A stretch of DNA of 64,000 nucleotides from Chrysemys picta bellii (GCF_011386835.1 NC_088800.1:20708001-20772000); one strand, 5' to 3'. Positions 1-13,710 are shown, counted from the first letter of the stretch. Notes: generated from the letters alone by a model not told the origin. Translations and numbers: made by a program.

Positions 1-326
1 ATGTTAGGAACTGCATCCACTGTATTATGGCCAAAGGTTTTTAAGTAATATGTGTTACTATGAGTATCATAGGGATGTAAATTTCCATCCGATTTAACAG
101 TATCCCCATTTTGAAGAAAATTTTCATAAAATGCTCTATTTCCAGGCCTGTGACTGATCCTGTGTCTGCCATGTGCTTCTTCAGTAAATGATGTTTCTTC
201 ATAATGTGGAGGATCGGCATCCTCTTGGGGTGTTGCATTATTGTCATGGCTTTCGTTAATTACATTAACTTGAAACCTATTTGGACTTGGCTCCAAGAAT
301 ATATTTGGAGAATTATTCATTGACAT
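1..326 (-). CDS. SLC12A1: Na-K-2Cl cotransporter NKCC2, first coding exon (partial, continues off left edge)
   Basis: Reverse complement from ATG at 326 reads [47 protein letters not shown]...[20 protein letters not shown]. This is the NKCC2 N-terminus with the RFQV SPAK/OSR1 docking motif and the TYYLxTFGHNTxDAVP phospho-threonine cluster. A probable acceptor (ttattgcag) lies just upstream of 397. The ORF track shows only an off-frame ORF here. Confidence 0.96.
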   Translation of the reverse strand, partial: MSMNNSPNIFLEPSPNRFQVNVINESHDNNATPQEDADPPHYEETSFTEEAHGRHRISHRPGNRAFYENFLQNGDTVKSDGNLHPYDTHSNTYYLKTFGHNTVDAVPN

Positions 327-2690
327 CTTCAGGGATGTTATGTGCTTAGGTCACCAATCTTTCTATTCTTCTGTAGTCGGAGGTAGTGTTGCTTTATCTG
401 CAATAAGACAATAATGCTGTTGCATTTGAAAGATCTTGGTTCTTAATCTAGCAAAGTTCAATGGAGACTTTCTTGAAGTGTTCACTCCTAAGTATTCTTC
501 TTAAGGTTGTCCTGCATGACTCTGTCATCAAAAGCATAAGTAAAACTTTTCTATATTTAATTAACTTACATAGTAAGGTAACTCTTCCATGATTTCTTAA
601 AAAACCCTGTGAGACAGCAACCTTATAACTTTTTACAAACAGGGCCTGATCCAAACTCTGAGTCAATGTGTAATCAATAGGAGTCTTGCTATTTATCTCA
701 ATGGGCTTCGATCAGGCCCTAAATAGGCTAACACTATACTTAAAAGTAACTTTCCTGAGTATATTAACTTTTCAGGGACTAAACGTAGTACTTCTCTGAA
801 CAATGTACAGCCCAATGGTTCATTGAAGATGAAAGGAATGCAACATCTAGCCAAGAAGGATGGAATTCACCAGAGATCCTGCACATGGTATTTACCACTG
901 CACACTGGTTGTTTTCACCCATAGTGCAGAAGTAAATTGACATGACTCTTCAAAAAATCCAATGTTTTTTTAAGTTAATTGTAATATATTAGACTATTAA
1001 AAATAAAACAAATAAGTCTTTACAATTTTCAGTAGTTCCAAAATGTGAAATAATTTATGAGTAGGTGACTGAAGCACTGAAAACTATACATTTTAGATGT
1101 ATCTAGGAGTAATGTCACATAAAGGAATAAATGTTAGAAAACTGAAATATATAAAAACATGTTTTTACTAAATTGTAATGAATATGTCCAAATAACTAAA
1201 GCAAAATGACAGTTATTTATTACTGAAATATATATTAGCAATAGTTTTAGGCAATACAAGATTCAAAGAATAATTTTACAGACCTGATCTTGCATTCCTT
1301 GTGTCCCCAAATACCCATTTAAGACCATTTGAAATAAATAGTGGCAGATGGTTAGAACTAAATGTGTGAGGGATGCAGAACTGCCCCCTGCTCCCTAAAA
1401 AAGGAAAAAAGGCTATATATAAGGCCCAGTCCTGCAAATGGTTAAGCTTTCAGGATTGGGTCCAAGGAGAACAAGCTGTCAAGTTAGATTACTCTGAAAT
1501 GGCATGTATTACAAATTATTTGTGATCTACTAAATCCTGTGCCAGACCAATATGAGGCTTGAAATAATTGCATATATTGATTAATACTTTCAGTAACTAA
1601 AGAAATGTGATTTTACAACCCTGTGTAGAACAATTCAGTAAAAGTCCAATCCTGTCCCTGTTGAGCTCATGTGGGGTCTTGGGCCCTTTTGAAAATATAT
1701 CTGATAGCAGGAAATTTTGGAGAAAAAACATGCAATATTATAAAAGGATTATACCAACTGAACATCAGGTAAATAAATAAACCCATTAGAAGAATGAACT
1801 GAGAATTGAAAGACAAATTAACCATATCTATTGATAGATCTACATATGCCTACCTATATAAAATATCAAATAATCACACAGGGGAATTATAACTTGAAGA
1901 GCCCCTTAACCAAATACACTCAAACCTCATTATGAGACTTAGCTATAGCACTTGAATGCAAGTCAGATGCAGATTCTGTGAGTCCCATCTACTCTCGCTC
2001 TCTGTTTCTGTATATAGAATATCCTGCTGTAAACTCTCATCACAGCAAAATTTCTTTATAACCCTCTAGATATTGGTTTTTCAAAGCAAGCTGTTCTTTT
2101 CTGCTTAATGTTTTGTGAACTCCACCAGAAACAAGAAGTTCCTTCTTTCAGCTTCTTTTTTTGGTACTATTTTTCTTGGTCACCTCTGATCCATATTACA
2201 TTTGTTATGTTATTGATTGGTAATCTCTGAGCATAGATTGTATGCTTTTCCCCTTAGCATAAAAATCTTTAATATAAAAAGAGTGCACGGAAATGAAATA
2301 TTTTCTTACATAAATGCCAGATCCTGATCCTACTATAGTCAATAACAGTGTTGCTGCTGACTTCAGTAAAAAACAGATTTAGTCCTAACTCTGTACTTGT
2401 AGACTCTGGGTGAAATCCTGGTGCTTTGAAGTCAATGGGAATTTTGCCATTGGCTTCAGTAGACCCATAATTTCACTTTCCAAGTTTACTTCTATGGTAA
2501 GTGTTTCTGCCACTAGGGAAATAAAAGTCTCTTACCTTTCTGCTGCCTTTGCAAATAATGATTTTTTTTTTGCAGTAGATTTCCAGAGGTCTGTTAGATG
2601 CTGTTATTTGCCATTAAATTTAGTATTATTAGTATTATTGTATTATGCATAAGTTAACAAGCTTACACTGTTCAGGATAGTTTAACTTAC

Positions 2691-2720
2691 CTCTCGGTCC
2701 CGTGCTGTAGTGTAGGGCAA
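2691..2720 (-). other. SLC12A1: Probable short non-coding exon 1 of SLC12A1
   Basis: Strong minus-strand donor GAG|GTAAGT (plus-strand acttac at 2685-2690), with TATA-like AT-rich elements (taaataaaag, tatataca on minus) at about 2725-2750. The 5' boundary is approximate. Confidence 0.45.
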
Positions 2721-2897
2721 TCAGCCTTTTATTTACTTCTGTATATAGACTGTCCTTCTCACTTATGCATCATGGTTTTTACCTCATTGGCTAATTCTTT
2801 CTTCTGTGCAAAACATTAAGTGACTCACCCAACCCCTGTCTTTGACATATGCTCTAAAACGCTCCTAAATGACTGATTTAGAGGGACATTCTAGCTT

Positions 2898-2910
2898 GTT
2901 AAATATCAAC
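2898..2910. promoter_or_regulatory. Candidate HNF1 site in SLC12A1 promoter
   Basis: GTTAAATATCAAC, 2 mismatches to the HNF1 palindrome GTTAATNATTAAC, about 190 bp upstream of the putative exon 1. An HNF1 site is known in the mammalian NKCC2 proximal promoter. Confidence 0.4.
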
Positions 2911-3429
2911 TAGTAAATGAACCTGTTAATTCTTGGAAGGAACCTGTTAATTCTTGGAAAAACTGTGACTGCATGTCATAGGAGGAAAATAGGTTGGTTT
3001 GTTTTTCTTTAGAATTTATAAAATATAGCTACAGGCTTCTAGGCAGCTGTATCAGTTACTGTCCCATAATTATGGATCTGCTTATGTGCACTTGCACGTC
3101 AGTATGTCCTTCCTGTTTATTTCCTTTTAGATTGTGGATCATTTCATTTTAGATTTTTTTTTCTTTGATACCTTAGGGGATGGGGAAGAGATACAATAAG
3201 AGGTGGCTGAATTTACATTAAAATTTCTAAAACTCCACGACTGGAAATCTGATTTTAGCAGATCGCATTTGGAAGTTGAACAGTGAGTCCAGCAAGTAGT
3301 CCCATTAAAGTCAATGGAAAAGACTCATGGAATAAGATACTATTCATTATTACTGTGGTTATTTATTTTTTGTATTATGGTAGTCCCTGGAGGGCTCACT
3401 CACAGTTTAAATGTGTTTAGCTTTAAGCA

Positions 3430-3570
3430 CATGAGTGACACAGGATTTGGGGACTTCATCAGCAGAGTCAAGGGAAGGGTAGGGACGGTTTTGTGGCCTG
3501 CAGCATGCAGGGGGTCAGACCAGATGATCATAATGGTCCCTTCTGACCTTAAAGTCTAAAGTCTATGAGA
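3430..3570 (+). mobile_element. CR1 LINE 3' end fragment
   Basis: Ends ...ggtcccttctgaccttaaagtctaaagtctatgag, typical of a CR1 3' terminus (hairpin followed by CTATGA-type repeat). Confidence 0.6.
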
Positions 3571-3670
3571 CACCATTGGCTTGATTGGGACTGCTCATGT
3601 GCATAAAGTTAAATATCAGAGACGCCTTTGCAGGACTGGCGTCTGTATAGACACAGAGTGAGAGAAAGGC

Positions 3671-3788
3671 GGTATTATGATCTCTGTTTTAAATAGAAGC
3701 ACACAGACAGTAAGTGACTTGCTCAGGGTCTCACTGGGAATGTGGAATCTGGGTCTCCTGAATCCCCATCCAGTGCCTTAACCACAAG
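3671..3788 (-). mobile_element. CORE-SINE (MIR-like) remnant
   Basis: Reverse complement: gtggttaaggcactgga...cagattcc...accctgagcaagtcactta..., a tRNA-like head plus MIR core. Confidence 0.6.
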
Positions 3789-4407
3789 TCCATCCATCTC
3801 AACAGTGCATGTAGCAGAATTGGGTCAAGTACTTATATCATTTGAAATGAACATGTTTATTTGTTCACAAACTACTCTGACTTCGCAATGGTGTGTTTGT
3901 AGGATCTGCCAACTACATAATTATCAGTAAACTCTCCTCTTGGGATTGAAACTCATGCCTATTGGGCGTAGTGTTTGAGCTTGAGCCTCCAGATGCGGTG
4001 AAGTTCAGCCTGTGTGAGTGATGTGCCTATCACCACATCTGAGACTTGGGCAGTGGCACTATCCAGGGAGTTAATATAAAGCTTCATGCTGAAGAAAGCT
4101 AGCCTAGCAGTCCGAGTATAGGTCTGGGTGCCAGGTACTCTGGCACTCTAAGCCTAGCTTTGGACAGGTCTTTGAAAAGAGTTTGGGAATTGTGTTTAAA
4201 AAACCAAAGTTTGATGGGGTCACACTTTGCTGGCACTATGTTTAAAATCGTGGCCTTGCTCAGCTCTTTGCTTCGGCTATAACACATTTTAGAACACCGG
4301 TTAGCCCCATCAACATCCCCTATTAACACTGTTAAAAACTGGTTTAGCTGGAAGCATGTTTATGCATAATCCTGAATTCATTTAGATCCCCAGCATGGAT
4401 GAGACCA

Positions 4408-4495
4408 CTGACTCTCCTTGTGACCTTGATGAGGTCATTTAACCTTCCTGTCTCCGTGCCTTGGTTTCCCCATCAGTAAATTGGGGATAAGAATA
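4408..4495 (+). mobile_element. CORE-SINE (MIR-like) remnant
   Basis: tgtgaccttgatgaggtcatttaacc...gtgccttggtttccccatcagtaaattggggataa matches the MIR core. Confidence 0.65.
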
Positions 4496-6973
4496 CATGA
4501 GAGGAGAATCAGGCTGTGTGTGAACTTTTTTGAGTCTATTTCTGTTAAAAATCTTGCCCTGTATTTTTGAGGAAAGCCTTTTGAAAAGTTCCAGTTTGTG
4601 CACTCCTTCTTGTAGCCTTGAGTTTTTCCTTTTGAGGGAGAAACAACTAATGTTGCTCTGTAATCAAAATGGAATTTAGTACATGGCTATAACAAAATAT
4701 TGTAAAGTCAAAGAACTAAGCACAGTTCATGGACCAGAGCATAAATGAAATAGTACATTATTTCTTGTTACCAAGATGAAAAGGATGAGCATGTGTACGG
4801 TGTGCTAAAGCTCTGCACTGGATAATTTTGCATACTTGATTTATGTTTGAATTAAAACCAAAATAAATAGAGTATATTCGAGCTATGTGGCCTCAAAGGT
4901 TTCTCACACTGGAACCTAAGCCATTTAAATGCTACATGTTCCAGGTCACAGCTTTTCACATTGTACACTTTGGAGAGTGGATGGAGAAGACCACCAAAAA
5001 GAGTCAGTACCGCCACTACTGTTCTCTTTCTTGCTATTAGCCTCAGGCATGATGTTCATGGCTTTTTCCATATAATCCAGTGGCTTTCCCCGTGAATGGC
5101 ATTTTGCTTAGCCAAGTTCCCTTCACTGCCACTTATCTAGCAGATATGGCATGTGGCACAATATGGATTTTGCTGAATTACTGTAAAACAAACAATCACT
5201 ACAACTCATCTTCTTGTCTCTGCATCTCTTAGCACGCGTAGCTGTATAGTGAGAGTGACAATACCTAAACAGAAGTCTGTTTCCAAGTTTCTCAAAAGTG
5301 GAATCGAATTACTATCAAGTTCTGACACTCTCACACAGCAGCTATTTGTGCTAAGAGGTGACCTTGAGGTGTTACTACTCAGCTTCTGTTTTTTCTCTGT
5401 GTTACCTCTTCTGTCTTACTAGGACCCTCTGCCACAGAATTCCTCAGAGTGACACTCCAAATCCAATCCAATGGTAGGACCAGACCCTGTCCCCTGATTT
5501 GCCCCTTTGCACCACACTGGTAGTGCAAAGAGACTGAAAAACTGTCCTGCCCTGCCTGTTGGGGCTTTTCTAGCATGGGGGGAATCACTGGATGGTGCAC
5601 AGCTGGCAGAAACAGGTCTAGGTTCCATCCTCTTTTGATCCACTGGTATAGAGAGACTTGCAGATTGCCTCTGTACTCTGGCAATCCCCAGCTGGTATTA
5701 TGGCCACTGGGGACTGTTATCATCCAACACAAGTTAGAGCAGCAAAGGCCGTTCCAACTTCTGCCAAGAGCTGAACCAGTCCCCAGGGGAGCACAAAGGT
5801 GCTGCAAAGATAGCTATACACCCCTTTAGGTCCTGCTCTGAGCACAGCTCAACTAGACTTGAGGAATGGGTCCTTAACTAATATTTGCTTTTTTCTCTTC
5901 CCCTCTCCTCATCTCTGTGAATCTCTCTTTATCAGGCTCAGAATGACTTTGCTTTCTGATGCGAGCTACTAACTAATTTTCAGCTGTATGAGGATGTGAG
6001 GATGGAATTAGAGGCTCTGGTTGGATTTTTGAGCTGGGCATGTGTCTTGCAATGCTGAGTGTACCGTATATCTTATGTATAGCAACCAAACCATCTTTAA
6101 TTACATTTAACTCCCACCCCCATCCCAATAACTCTTCCTTGGCCATCTAAGAATTTGATTAGAGCAGAAGGGAAGTTTTGTTTCAGCAAGTGTAAACAGT
6201 TTTCTCAGACTGGGAGCAAGAAACAGCCCTACACGTTGTTCTGAAAAGACTGTGGAAACACTGGATACAGTAGCAGCAGCATGATGCTCCTCTCACATGG
6301 ATTTAGCCAATGTGACAGCACCTCCAGGTGTTCGAGGGTGGGACTTTCATTAGTGACTGCAATAACCATTAGCACTTACGTTGGTTTTTCTGTTCTCTTA
6401 GTAACTGAAAACAAGAGTTTCCACGTGCAGACACATGAGTACCTGCAGGCTTCTCCCCTTGTGCTGTGATCCTGTTGTGCTGTTTAATCTTGCAAACTAA
6501 GCTGGTCCAGTACATTGGGCTGATTCAGTTTTTGCATATGAGGTCTCCAAGGTCAGTTTCTGGACTTAAAGAAATCATGTTGGATGAGTTGGGAGTTACT
6601 ATTCAAAAATATTTCACACCCATTTGTCACTGATGTGATGTTGTGGCATGAATTCTGCCTATGAAGAGACAGGTGACAGGTCTGGTTCTCAAGAGATTTC
6701 TCTGCCACTCCTCCTCACTGAATGTTTAGTGAATCATCTCCCAAAAGTCTTTCTTTGACATTAGCTGTTTCTTACCCACAGCTCCACAAAAGGTGAATTC
6801 CCAAAATAAAAGCAGCATGAAATGCTTTTATGATTCTGCAACAAATATTTATTTAACAAAACGGATGCCACCATCATATCTTCAAAACATAGGTTTATAG
6901 TACAAATGTATCAGTACTAGGTTTTCAAAATGAAATCAACATCAAAAGTAAGGCAGGATACTCTTTTGAGTTT

Positions 6974-7228
<255 letters not shown>

Positions 7229-8322
7229 TCACATACTGGTGAGTCTTCGGGATTTTCACTCGTATTCCTTCTTTGCCTGTACACAAAAGTGGAGTCAGTT
7301 TGGTTATGGCCAAATGTAACATAGATCTCTGAGCTATTATCAGCATAAAAAAACAAAAACCGCATGGGCGTTAATAGTGAAAGTACATTTTTGTGCACCC
7401 AAATCAGCCTGGCAACACTGTCATTAGAAATTGGTAGTCAAACAAAAGCTAGTTGGAGTTGCTAATCCTGACAATGACAATGAAAAACTGATCATTTACT
7501 TGCTTGTCCCCACCACCCAAAATAGAAAACTACTGGCCAGGGGCATGTGAAATTTTGCAAGGCTGCTTTAAATGGCATTTTATCAGATTGGGCAAAATCC
7601 TGCCAATCTTCATCAGGTCAGAGCTTGCAAGACCTCCATGTGCAGAGTTAAATGGGAAACTTATGCTGGAGAGCTTGCACTATCAGTATCTGAGTCCTTA
7701 ATCTGGTGAAACACCCGTTGACTTCAATGAGCATTTCACCTGAGTCAGACTGATGGATTGGGCCTACATGTATTTTAGCCTAGAACTCTAACTGCAATAA
7801 ACCAAACGTACAGAATGAAAATGTCATTTTTATATAATAGTGTTGGGCATCTTATTGTTTGGGCTCCATTTTCAGACAAATGCATGTATTTGCATGCCTA
7901 AAAATGCTTGTAAAAATGACCGGCTGAACGTTTAACTTCTCACTAATCATGTGTATGTGTAAGTAGTGTTAAATGCAAGCTAATGTGCTTGTGTAGTTGC
8001 GTACTTGCTTTTCTGAATACCACCTGCCCTATGCGATTGTCATCATTAGTGCATAAACATTATTAGAGTCTGGGTGGGGCACAGACTGTCAAAAGCTACA
8101 TTCAGATTTGCAGGCTGAGCCATGTGCCAGCTCCCAAGGGTACAAAGTGTATATGTCCCCACCAACCTGAAATTAGAAATCCCTACACCCATTAGTGTAT
8201 GCGGAAAGGTTAATGGAAGAAGTGAGAATACAAATCTTTTTCCTTTCCCTCATTATGCTCTTCTCTTCACCATTATTTTCCCTTTTAAAATATTGCTGTT
8301 CCCCAAGACACTGATTTAGGAG

Positions 8323-9335
8323 TAGGGTTACCATTCGTCCGGATTTACCCGGACATGTCCTCCTTTTTGTTCTAAAAATAGCGTCCGGGGGGAATTTGTA
8401 AAGCACTCACAATGTCCGGGATTTCCCCCCCCCGCCCCGGGCAGAGCAGAGCGAGTGGCTGGGAGGGCTGCAGGAAAGTCCCGGGCTGGACTCCGGAGCA
8501 GCTTCCTCCTCCCTGCATTCTGAGCCGGCAGCAGCTCCTCCTCCTGCAGCCCGGTCCCGCAGCCCTGTGCAGGGCCAGGGACCGGGTTTTGTTGTGCTGG
8601 GGAGCTCAGCCATGTGTCCGGCTGGCACAGAGCCCAACACCCTGTTCTGAGCAGCAGGGTAAGGGGGCCAGGGGGCAGGAAGGTTCTGGAGGTGGCAGTC
8701 AAGAAACGGGGGGGGGCTTTTTGGGGGGAGTGGAGAAAGTTTTGGGCAGTCAGGGTACAGGTAGGGGGTAGGGTCCTGGGGGGCAGTTGGGGGGGTCTTA
8801 GGAGGGGGCAGTTAGGGGACAAGGAGTGGGGGGGTGGGGGGCTGGGAGTTCGGGGGGGGAGCTGTCAGGGGGCAGGAGTGGGGAGAGGGATCGGAGCAGT
8901 CAGGGGACAAGGAGCGGGGGGGTAGGGGGCTGGGAGTTCTGGGGGGGAGCTGTCAGGGGGCAGGAGTGGGGAGAGGGATCGGAGCAGTCAGGGGACAGGG
9001 AGCAGAGGGGTTTAGATGGGTTGGGAGTTCTGGGGGGGGCTGTCAGGGGGTGGGAAGTGGTTGGATGGGGCGTGGGAGTCCCAGGGGTCTGTCTGGGGGT
9101 GGGGGTGTGGATAAGGGTTGGGGCAGTCAGGGGACAAGAGGCAAGGAGGCTTAGATAGGGAGTGGAGTCCTGGGGGGCAGTTAGGGGCAGGGGTCCCAGG
9201 AGGGGGCAGTCAGGGGACAAGGAACGGGGGGAGGGTTGGGGGTTCTGGGGGGGCAGGAAATGGGAGGGGCAGGGGCGGGGCTAGGGCGGGGCTCCTCCTG
9301 TCCTCTTTTTTGCTTGTTGAAATATGGTAACCCTA
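8323..9335. mobile_element. Non-autonomous hAT (Blackjack-like) element in the probable CTXN2 intron
   Basis: TIRs TAGGGTTACCAT / ATGGTAACCCTA; perfect 8-bp TSD TTTAGGAG (8315-8322 and 9336-9343); G-rich interior. Confidence 0.9.
8843..9080 (+). repeat. ~88-91 bp G-rich tandem repeat (about 3 units) inside the hAT MITE
   Basis: The unit start tgggagttc recurs at 8843, 8931 and 9022, with shared gctgtcagggggcaggagtggggagagggatcggagcagtcaggggaca. Confidence 0.85.
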
Positions 9336-10533
9336 TTTAGGAGCCTTAAAACAGCTTCTTCATTCAAAGGATCATTTATAAGCAGTACACAAAGGGCCCA
9401 ATCCTGCATTCGTGGCACTTTAAAAACATCCACTGACTTCACTGGCAGTTTGGGCGGGAGAGTGCAAGGAATGCAGAAGGGCCCAAAATACACAGGGTCA
9501 AATTATGGTTTGCCCTTGCATGAGTGCAGTAGTCTGGGAAGAGCGTGCAGGGAACCCTTTCTCCTTTCTAGTGCACTCACGCTGGAGGTAGCCCATGCTG
9601 GGATTTGTGCTCCCTTAGTGTGGGTGGAAGGAGTGAGGAGGGGCTCGCTAGCCCATGTAGTGACAGTAGAGGCTGCAAAGAGGGGTGGCAAAGTGGGCTA
9701 GGGAACATGGCCAGGGCCCCACCCATACACTCCAGCTGATGCCTTGAGACTGCTGCTGGACTGAGCACACATTCCACCATTTTTAGAGGTGTACAAGTGA
9801 CATTTCTGAACATGCTTTCTCCTGTGCTCTTGGGAGCAATACACCTGCCTTAGCCTTACATGGGCATTATGTTCCAGCCACTTCCACTCAGGTGCCACAC
9901 CTGCCTCATCACCACTGCCACAATTCAGCAGACCTCAAGGTGTCAGAGCATGATAGATGATTTGCAAAGGGGAAAGAAATTGGACTCCCCCCCCTTTTTT
10001 ATTGGCTTCTTTATAATGATAAAGAAGGCCAAAGAGGTTTCTCTTCTCTTCATAATTTTTGTCTGCTTGGTTTCCTGTTAGAAACGGATATCCTGCCTAC
10101 CCTGACGACTCTATGGACAACTAGAGAACTGGTAGGATTATAACATAGCAAGTACCAAGGGGGGGGGGTCATTTTTAGGCTGATTATTTGTTTTTGTTGG
10201 CTGTTGTTAACACCTATTTAACTAAAACACTTGGGGAAAACATTCCTTGTGTTCAGCACCCTTCCTTCAAGGAAGCTCCCATTACAAATTTCAAAGTCAT
10301 CCCAGAAATCTTCTAGCTGAAAAACAAACAGCAGCCAGTAAAAGATTCTTGTTTGGATCCTCTCTTTTCCTCCTGATAACCTCCATTTTTCTTTATATAG
10401 ATCATAAAGAACCAAAATTAAAAAAACAGCCAAAAACAGGGAGGGGAGAAGAGAAAAGGGCAGAAACCAAACCTATTTTTTTCTTTTTCAGCTTCCATTT
10501 AACTTAGTCCATAATAAGGAGTAAGGATAAAAC

Positions 10534-10556
10534 GGAAGGAAGGAAGGAAGGAAGGA
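10534..10556 (+). repeat. (GGAA)n microsatellite
   Basis: Five GGAA units plus GGA. Confidence 0.9.
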
Positions 10557-13527
10557 TACAGTTAAAAACTGGGACGGATCTTTAGATGATGTGAATCAGC
10601 GTAGAGCTATTGACTTCTTTGGAATTACACTGGTTTATACCCATTGGATTTGGCCCTACAACCTGCACCTGTTTTAAGGTTTGGAAAATGTTGGTTTAAG
10701 CACCTCACCACCACCCTCTCTTTCCTTTCCCTGACTCCCAGTCCAAACCTCTGCACGTTGTTCATTAGCAAAATTCATTCCTCTTACTTAGAGGCTTGTC
10801 CATCAGAGCCATGAGATCTTTACTCCTGTTGAGTAATGTCTTGTTCTGTGATTTATGCCATTGAACCAAAGGGTACAACTTGCGGGGTGTGGTGCTACTT
10901 GGTGAGAGACAAAGTGCCAGTATATGGCCCATAGTAACCAAAAATAATGTCAAGAGCAATTGAATGACAATAATTGATATCTATATGAAGAAAACAAATG
11001 AAATAGATGAAACCACCTGATTCACACGTTTTCATGTAAGGCACGTTTCCAGTTTTTCCAGGAGGTTTAACAGCTGCAGAGATTGGAAAGTAAAATCACA
11101 GAATTCTCAAATTGTTGCCCAAATCAGTTATATGTACCAGGATCCAGCCAAGAAGAAAGTTCTCCTTCCAGGAGTCCAAGGACACTGGGAAATTAAAAAA
11201 TGAAAGGCTTATACTGGGAAAGGATTTGTACACTAAAGCAAGAAGACATAGTGCCAGAAAATAAAGTACACCCATAAAAGACACAGAAGTCTCTGAGACA
11301 AACTATAGCCCAGGTTCTGCAATTGGGTCTGCAGGAGCGGGACACTTGTGCCTATGTGAAGCCCATAGAAATCAGTGGGTCTCTGCTTGGGTGCAGAGGT
11401 CTGTGCCCCCCAACTCCCAGAGGAGCATAAACTCCCAATCTTGCAGTCTTACTCAGGCAAAATTCTCTCCCATTGGAGTCAATAGGAGTTTTGCCTGAGA
11501 AACGAGTGCAGAAGCAGGATCCAAGATAAGATACAGTTTACAAACCAAACCAAACCAGGAAGTAACACCATTTATTTTAATGAGGTAGGATGATCACATA
11601 ATTCAGGAATGAAGAAGAGACACATATGACCTGTGTTAAAGCACCAACAGCAGTATTATGCCCTGGAACCTATGGCTTAATTAATAGGGTTAGACCAATA
11701 TTTGGGCTGATTTCTCACACGGGCTAGGAAACAGGCATTGCTATTGGTCCTTGCATGCTTGCTCTACTAAATGTTTGCTATTAGCCCACACTGATATTAT
11801 TTTATTTATTTATTATTCAGTTCATCATCACTGGCAATTATGGGTCAAATCTTCGGCATGCAAAGCCTGAGTAAATTGGCAGGGAGTACAAGGAAATGCA
11901 TACAGGACTGAGGAACAGAATTCTTGGCCCCAACCTGCGGTAGTGGGGTGGAATGGCTCTGTGGGTGCCATTGGCTAAATGGAGTAATAGTGTATATTTC
12001 TTGTGCAGGGGCCTTGGGCCTGTCAATCCATATTGTGCCTCTCTGTTGAGCCCTGAGCTCTCTTTCTCCCCATCCTGAGCAGCAGAGATGTAGTATTTCC
12101 ACTGCATTTCAGGCCTTGCATACTCACAGATTGGAGTGGAAAATTTTGTCCTAAATATATACCATATAAAGGTAAGATTTTACTTGTTTGGGGGACTGGG
12201 ATATGTTTACATTGTAAATCTGTTTGCAGATTGGCAACTGAGGGCTGCAGCCAGCAGTTATGCATACATAATGTCATCTGCTCTAGAGTATGTCTGAAAT
12301 CACAAGCAAAAAGACCATGAATGCTAGAGGGCCCTAATCCAACAAAGTATGTAGGTAACCACTAGGTCAGAGATCAGGGGCATGCATTATAAGAACTAGA
12401 ACTTGTAGGGTCCATTTGTCAGGAGGTGCCACCAAACCTATACCTATTGGTACAGTTTCTACAGTTTGCTTCCATGTAGTTTCACTCAACTGCCCCTCAA
12501 ATTGGGAGAGGGGAGAAGCAAGGATCCCTGAATAGCCTGCTGTGGTGGAAAAGGCCATCTGATGCCCCTTCAAGACCAGAAAGGAGGCCACCAGGAAGCA
12601 GGAGTGGTACAAATGCCTCACTCCCATAGATGACCTAGGTAAGTAGAGGGTGGGAAGCAGCTGGGTGTTGCTGGATAAATGGTGCTAAGGAGGTCAAAAG
12701 ATGGTAGTGAGCACTGTATAGAAGCCTAGATAAATAGGTAGATAAATTGGAGTGCCTAAGATTATTGTAACAGCATCTACCCATATCCACCAAATGTTTG
12801 TGGACCCAGGCTGATGTTTAAAGTTTCATTAGAATCCAACCCTGATTATGGGTGGTTTGAGGGTTTCAATATGAACTTTTTGTGCAACCCTAGTTACCCA
12901 CCCTCACATTTCCAGACTTTAGAAAAAGAAAGTGTCAACAGTAATTCCAGATATTCTCGGGAAAGGGTCTGAGAAGTCTGACCACAGCCTCCATAGGTTG
13001 CTGATTACAAGACTTCCTCAAGAGTCTTCCTCGCATGCTGGATATTAGCCTTACCCTCAAAAACAAACAGGTTTTGTTGTAAAGATCACCGTGTAAGGGC
13101 CCAATCTGGGGAGGTGCTGAGTACACTTAAGTCCCATTGAAGTCATCAGGAGTTGAGAAGACTCAGATCCTTGCATGATCAAGCCCGGGTTGACTGAGAA
13201 TTCACATTACATATTACAACCTAGGTTAAAAAACTAATTGTGCTTAATGAGTTTCAGGTGACTCCTGTAAATCACAAGTTTCACCTAATAGTAATAAAAA
13301 GTCATTCCTGCTGCCATGGTACTCAGATAGTTCTCATTCAGGAAGTACTGGAGGTTGCATGGCTGAAGCAGTGGTGCAGTGACCCCATCATTCTGATGAT
13401 GCTTCAAATGGCCTGGATTCTAGATTAATGCTTCTAAGAATTTTTAAAGGCATTTAGGTGCCTAAAGATGCTGACAGGCACCTAGTGGGATTTTCAAAAG
13501 CACTTAGGTGCCTGTATGCATCTTTAT

Positions 13528-13710
13528 TCATAGATTCATAGATTCTAGGATGGGAAGGGACCTCGAGAGGTCATAGAGTCCAGTCCCCTGCCTGCATGGC
13601 AGGACCAAATACTGTCTAGACCATCCCTGATAGACATTTATCTAACCTACTCTTAAATATCTCCAGAGATGGAGATTCCATAACCTCCCTAGGCAATTTA
13701 TTCCAGCGTT
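13528..13710 (-). mobile_element. CR1 LINE 3' end fragment
   Basis: Starts catagattcatagattc (reverse of the CR1 terminal 8-mer repeat), followed by gaagggacctcgagaggtcatagagtccagtccc. Confidence 0.85.

Noticed and set aside
41-247. 68-aa minus-strand ORF in the track
   Set aside because: Off-frame shadow of the true SLC12A1 exon, which starts at 326 in another frame.
8328-9220. Many 70-160 aa ORFs on both strands (G/P-rich)
   Set aside because: They lie within a G-rich MITE tandem array. GC-rich low-complexity sequence lacks stops by chance, and there are no recognisable domains.
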